A stretch of DNA of 63,605 nt, counting the filler, from Stramenopiles sp. TOSAG23-6 (taxonomy: Eukaryota): NCBI GenBank assembly GCA_900128565.1. It is 11 parts of 11 records of this genome, joined end to end, with 100 filler letters (N's around TTAATTAATTAA, not from the genome) between each part and the next. Parts side by side here need not be neighbours in the genome. Positions count along the whole stretch, not along the records: positions 52,684 to 60,069 come from LT636569.1; positions 60,170 to 61,249 come from LT639775.1; positions 61,350 to 62,427 come from LT639777.1; positions 62,528 to 63,605 come from LT639778.1; 7 more parts are not named here. One strand, given 5' to 3'. Numbering within the stretch: position 1 is the first letter of the stretch; the number at the start of each line of letters is the position of its first letter. The notes under the pieces were generated by a model that worked only from the letters and a program-made list of their open reading frames with translations, searched no databases and was not told the origin of the DNA. The position numbers were made by a program, and so were the translations under genes. Shown piece by piece: positions 59,901 through 63,605 of the stretch.

Positions 59901-60169
59901 TCAAATACATTGGATAATTCAGTAACAAATACATTGGATAATTCAGTAACAAATACATTGGATAATTCAGTAACAAATACATTGGATAATTCAGTAACAA
60001 ATACATTGGATAATTCAGTAACAAATACATTGGATAATTCAGTAACAAATACATTGGATAATTCAGTAANNNNNNNNNNNNNNNNNNNNNNNNNNNNNNN
60101 NNNNNNNNNNNNNTTAATTAATTAANNNNNNNNNNNNNNNNNNNNNNNNNNNNNNNNNNNNNNNNNNNN

Positions 60170-61249
60170 TCATCATCATTATTATTATCATCATCATCAT
60201 TATTATTATCATTATCATCATCATCATTTTCCGATATTGATAAATTATATTTCTCCAATAACACTTCTAGAGGCAAAGCTGCCTCTTCGATAATATCTCT
60301 TAATTCACATTTAATATTATTTCTATATTCCTTTGCTTTTTTTTTACTCCTTGTATTTTCCTCTTCTATTTCCTCAATTGTACTTTCATCATCGTCTAAA
60401 ATTTCAAAATCTGAAATTTCTGAATCAATCAAATTTTCATTCGGTAGTACGTATGCTCCTCTGATGTCACTTTCAGGAACATTTTCACTAGGTGTACCAT
60501 CATCAAATAAAAGGTTGTATGTTCGTTGAATACTGTTAAATGAAACAATTTTTGAAATATAGTATCCCGTATATTTTGGATCATTGCCACCATTCCATCT
60601 CGCTTCCACTGAATCACCAATATTAAATAAAGGTTTTTCAGATATTCGATTGTCTTCCTCCATTCGCTCTAATGCGGAATTTATCCACTCATCCCCAATA
60701 GAACGACCAGAAATACGATTTTTCCTACTTAATTTTTGAGGTGTATACAAATCCTTTGTTTTATGCGTCAAATTTGAAGCAAGCATCGTTGATAATTCTT
60801 CAGTTTGCGATACAAGGAAATCTAACTGTTTATCCATAACCTTTGCCCGTGCTGCCATTATTTTACTATTTTGTTTAAATTTGACAATCTTATCTATTTT
60901 AATCCAAAACGAAGAAACATGTTTCCATATATGTACAATAAAAAATATTAAAAAATTTAAAATTCGTTAGGTACGAAATTTTCATGGTAAAAAAACAATA
61001 ATTTGAAATTCATGAAGAAAGACTTACGTGTTTGGCTAATTTTTTACGTTGTACAATTTGTTTTGCAATTTTTTTCTTCAAATTATATTTTTGTTTTTTA
61101 TGCCAACTCAAAACTTTTCTAACAGTTTTTTTTGCACCAATTTTTTGTGTTCGACATTCTCTCTCAAAATCTTTAGCAAGCCATTGCAACTCTGCCATAA
61201 CAAACTCCCAATGTCGTTGCGTTGGATGTATTTGGGGTTGCTTTACTTT
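60170..61249 (-). CDS. SWR1/SRCAP-like HSA-domain fragment with a Tudor-like insert, partial at both ends
   Basis: HWEFVMAELQWLAKDF...FW.KI.K...MDKQLDFLVSQTE. Confidence 0.75.
60931..61027 (-). other. GT-AT intron, motif family
   Basis: CAC|GTAAGT...CGTACCTAAC...TGTACAT|ATATGG; LAKH-IWKHVSSFW. Confidence 0.85.
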
Positions 61250-61506
61250 NNNNNNNNNNNNNNNNNNNNNNNNNNNNNNNNNNNNNNNNNNNNTTAATTA
61301 ATTAANNNNNNNNNNNNNNNNNNNNNNNNNNNNNNNNNNNNNNNNNNNNAAAAAAAAAAGAGACACTTCTCTCTCTCTCTCTCTCAAATTATATAGTTTT
61401 GCTTTGACAATCCACAATATCCGAGTCAAATTGACATACACAATAGTAAATTATACAGCATCACTGAAGCCACATAGTCATTAGTACTTTGTCTGGTATT
61501 ATAAGT

Positions 61507-62184
61507 ATGAGTGATGATATGGCTGAGCTCTATAAGAAGGCGCAGGAAATGTCTGGAGTCGCAAAACCCTCTGCAGCCCCGGTGGTAGACGTTACGACAG
61601 AGACTAAAATCAGGAAAAAACGGCCTACATTTTCTGCAAACACATTGAAACAGGCTCATACACTGGATAACATCTACAAAAGATTTCCCAAAAAAGCTCG
61701 TTTTTCTGGGCGAAAGCATGAAGCCTCTGCTTTGAAACGTTTAATGGTTCTCTACAAAAGTTGTTTCTTCAACGTTTACCCAGCACGTCTGTCGTTTGAA
61801 GATATGGTACATAGAATTGAAAAATTTGGTCATCGTCTGAAGCACGATTTAGTGGGTATTCGTGAAAAGGAATATCTTCGCACCCAAGGGGAAGCAATTT
61901 CTGATGATGATTATGGTCCAGAAGATAAACCATTTGAATTGTCTCCTTCAGAAAACAAAGATTCTCTAAATAGCAAACCAACCAATAGTGAACAGCTTAT
62001 AGTAGGTAAAACTCCATTACCAGATGATATAGATGATGCAGATATTGATGCGCTCATGGAGATGGAGATGATGTCTGGAAAAAGTAAGAAAGTAACTCTT
62101 CCAGAACTAAACGAAGATGAACTGGATGCTCAAATGGAAGCTCAGATGGAAGACGAGTTAGGTATGATGGATGAGTTTTATTGA
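61507..62184 (+). CDS. TIPIN: TIPIN/Swi3/Csm3 replication-fork protection subunit
   Basis: F.GRKHEASALKRLM..Y....YP..SFED...IEKFG. Confidence 0.7.
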   Translation: MSDDMAELYKKAQEMSGVAKPSAAPVVDVTTETKIRKKRPTFSANTLKQAHTLDNIYKRFPKKARFSGRKHEASALKRLMVLYKSCFFNVYPARLSFEDMVHRIEKFGHRLKHDLVGIREKEYLRTQGEAISDDDYGPEDKPFELSPSENKDSLNSKPTNSEQLIVGKTPLPDDIDDADIDALMEMEMMSGKSKKVTLPELNEDELDAQMEAQMEDELGMMDEFY

Positions 62185-62848
62185 AAACAAACTGGAGAAA
62201 ATAAATCTTTTATACGATGAATTATTTGAATTCGTGGTTTTAGTACTCTTTTTTTTTTTTAAATCTGTGTATGAGTTCCCTGAGAATGTTAATGTAACTC
62301 AGAGACAAATCAAAACTAATAAAATATTGAAGAAGTATTGGAATGGATGAACCCTAAACCTGCTAAAACGTCCTCTACATCATCATCATCTATATCATCA
62401 TATACATCATCAGAAATTGCTTCCCCTNNNNNNNNNNNNNNNNNNNNNNNNNNNNNNNNNNNNNNNNNNNNTTAATTAATTAANNNNNNNNNNNNNNNNN
62501 NNNNNNNNNNNNNNNNNNNNNNNNNNNAAACCTGCGATACCTGTGGGCACTGGTGAACCTGAAGGGAAGCACCCATATTCCGTTTGAGCAATCGTTTGAT
62601 GAGAAGACTATTGCGGCAGGGGCATAAAAGATTGTTACGTGGAGGAGAATGGTGTTGAGGGTATGAAATAAAATTTTAAATTTGGTAGTACTAAAATTTA
62701 TTTGCTATTTTTTTAACGATATAGACTTCGACTATATTTTTCCAGTATTGAATTAACCTCATCTCTAGTTAGAGTTAGGAAGAAGTAAAATTAGAAGGAT
62801 AGTTACCCTATAGCAAAGGACTTATTTTTCACGAGCATTTATTACAGT

Positions 62849-63605
62849 ATGGATAAACTTCCCGTGATTCCTGACGATGTTTTGCCTTTGATTATATCCT
62901 ATGCGATGCCTCAAACAGATCGTATTTCATGCTCACTTGTGTGCAAAGCATGGTTTCGTGCAAAATTATCTGTTATTCTCAGTGTTTCACAGTGTGGAAC
63001 AAAAGGTTTTTTCAGTTTTAGTTCAATTGATGCAGCTATCGACGCAGCGTTAGATTATGAGACAATTGTGATTCATCCAGGAATTTATTTTATAGAACAA
63101 CTTGTAATCATGAAGCCATTACGTATACGTGGTGCAAATACAAATGGAAATTTGTCGTATGATGTATTACACACTGGTACTCTTTTGGTGAAAACATCCT
63201 TTTTTAAAGATCATTCCGACATAAACGGTGACATTCCCAAAGAACTACTCATTCAGAAAAAAATGGAGCATCCGATACTCTTTCAGTTGATTAGAATTGG
63301 CCAAAATATTTGGCTACGTTCTAAGGCAATAGTTCAAACGGACGATTCGTTTGGTTGTGACAGAGCTACACTACAAAACAAAAAGCTTGGAGTTTTAGAA
63401 ACATCTTCTCCATGTGGTTATATCATTGACGTACAAAATAGTATAATGACAAATAGTCATGGAAGTCATATACAAAATAGCAATGATAACCCATACCTAG
63501 ATGACTTTGATGATATTGACGATGAAAAAAATGATAAAACCTCAACTGTTCCAGATACTAAAGAATCTAAAGATGAGACAGGTAGACAAACATATGGAAA
63601 ATATA
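62849..63605 (+). CDS. F-box protein (FBXO11-like architecture), 3'-partial
   Basis: IPDDVL.LIISY...CSLVCKAW followed by SIDAAI...TIVIHPGIY...KPLRIRG; not in the ORF track because it has no stop. Confidence 0.7.
   Translation, partial: MDKLPVIPDDVLPLIISYAMPQTDRISCSLVCKAWFRAKLSVILSVSQCGTKGFFSFSSIDAAIDAALDYETIVIHPGIYFIEQLVIMKPLRIRGANTNGNLSYDVLHTGTLLVKTSFFKDHSDINGDIPKELLIQKKMEHPILFQLIRIGQNIWLRSKAIVQTDDSFGCDRATLQNKKLGVLETSSPCGYIIDVQNSIMTNSHGSHIQNSNDNPYLDDFDDIDDEKNDKTSTVPDTKESKDETGRQTYGKY

Larger units (their letters stand above)
52684..60069. repeat. About 3.1-kb inverted duplication (52684-55824 vs 56929-60069), probable MDA or assembly chimera
   Basis: Mirror-image identical ORFs (paired coordinates sum to 112753); N at both junctions (55819, 56934); truncates two genes. 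Confidence 0.9.

Noticed and set aside
52684-60069. Large inverted repeat as a real palindrome, linear-replicon end or transposon
   Set aside because: The arms appear identical, the junction truncates a PP2C and a coiled-coil gene, and N sits at both breakpoints, which is typical of MDA fold-back chimeras or misassembly
62405-62427. 23-nt inverted copy of 61887-61909 at a contig end
   Set aside because: Terminal position suggests another amplification or assembly fold-back
1-63605. Alternative genetic code or stop read-through explaining the split ORFs
   Set aside because: TAA, TAG and TGA all terminate conserved genes at expected positions; the splits coincide with intron-like tracts and often change frame

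Overview
AT-rich, gene-dense eukaryotic DNA made of 11 unlinked contigs, sorted by size and joined by 100-nt N-TTAATTAATTAA-N linkers. Gene content (formin with KMxKMG repeats, CxxHGGG zinc-finger protein, SPEF2, IFT43, TOP6A, RELCH, TIPIN, SWR1-like) suggests a flagellated protist, probably a stramenopile (inference). A fold-back duplication suggests single-cell amplification. The main result is a non-canonical intron system. Of 27 introns whose two ends I could place by reading-frame and protein-motif continuity, 22 end in AT rather than AG, 4 end in AG and 1 is best read as AT-AC. Most are about 90-165 nt and share one architecture: GTAYGTTTT ... TTTCGTACGAAATTTTGTACCTAAC ... GAAATATTTTTYCAAAATACAT. 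This has a palindromic core, a branch-like TACCTAAC matching neither the U2 nor the U12 consensus, and partly complementary ends. AT acceptors also occur in introns lacking the motif, and some donors appear to be GG, GA or AT. All boundaries are inferred from DNA only and need RNA confirmation.
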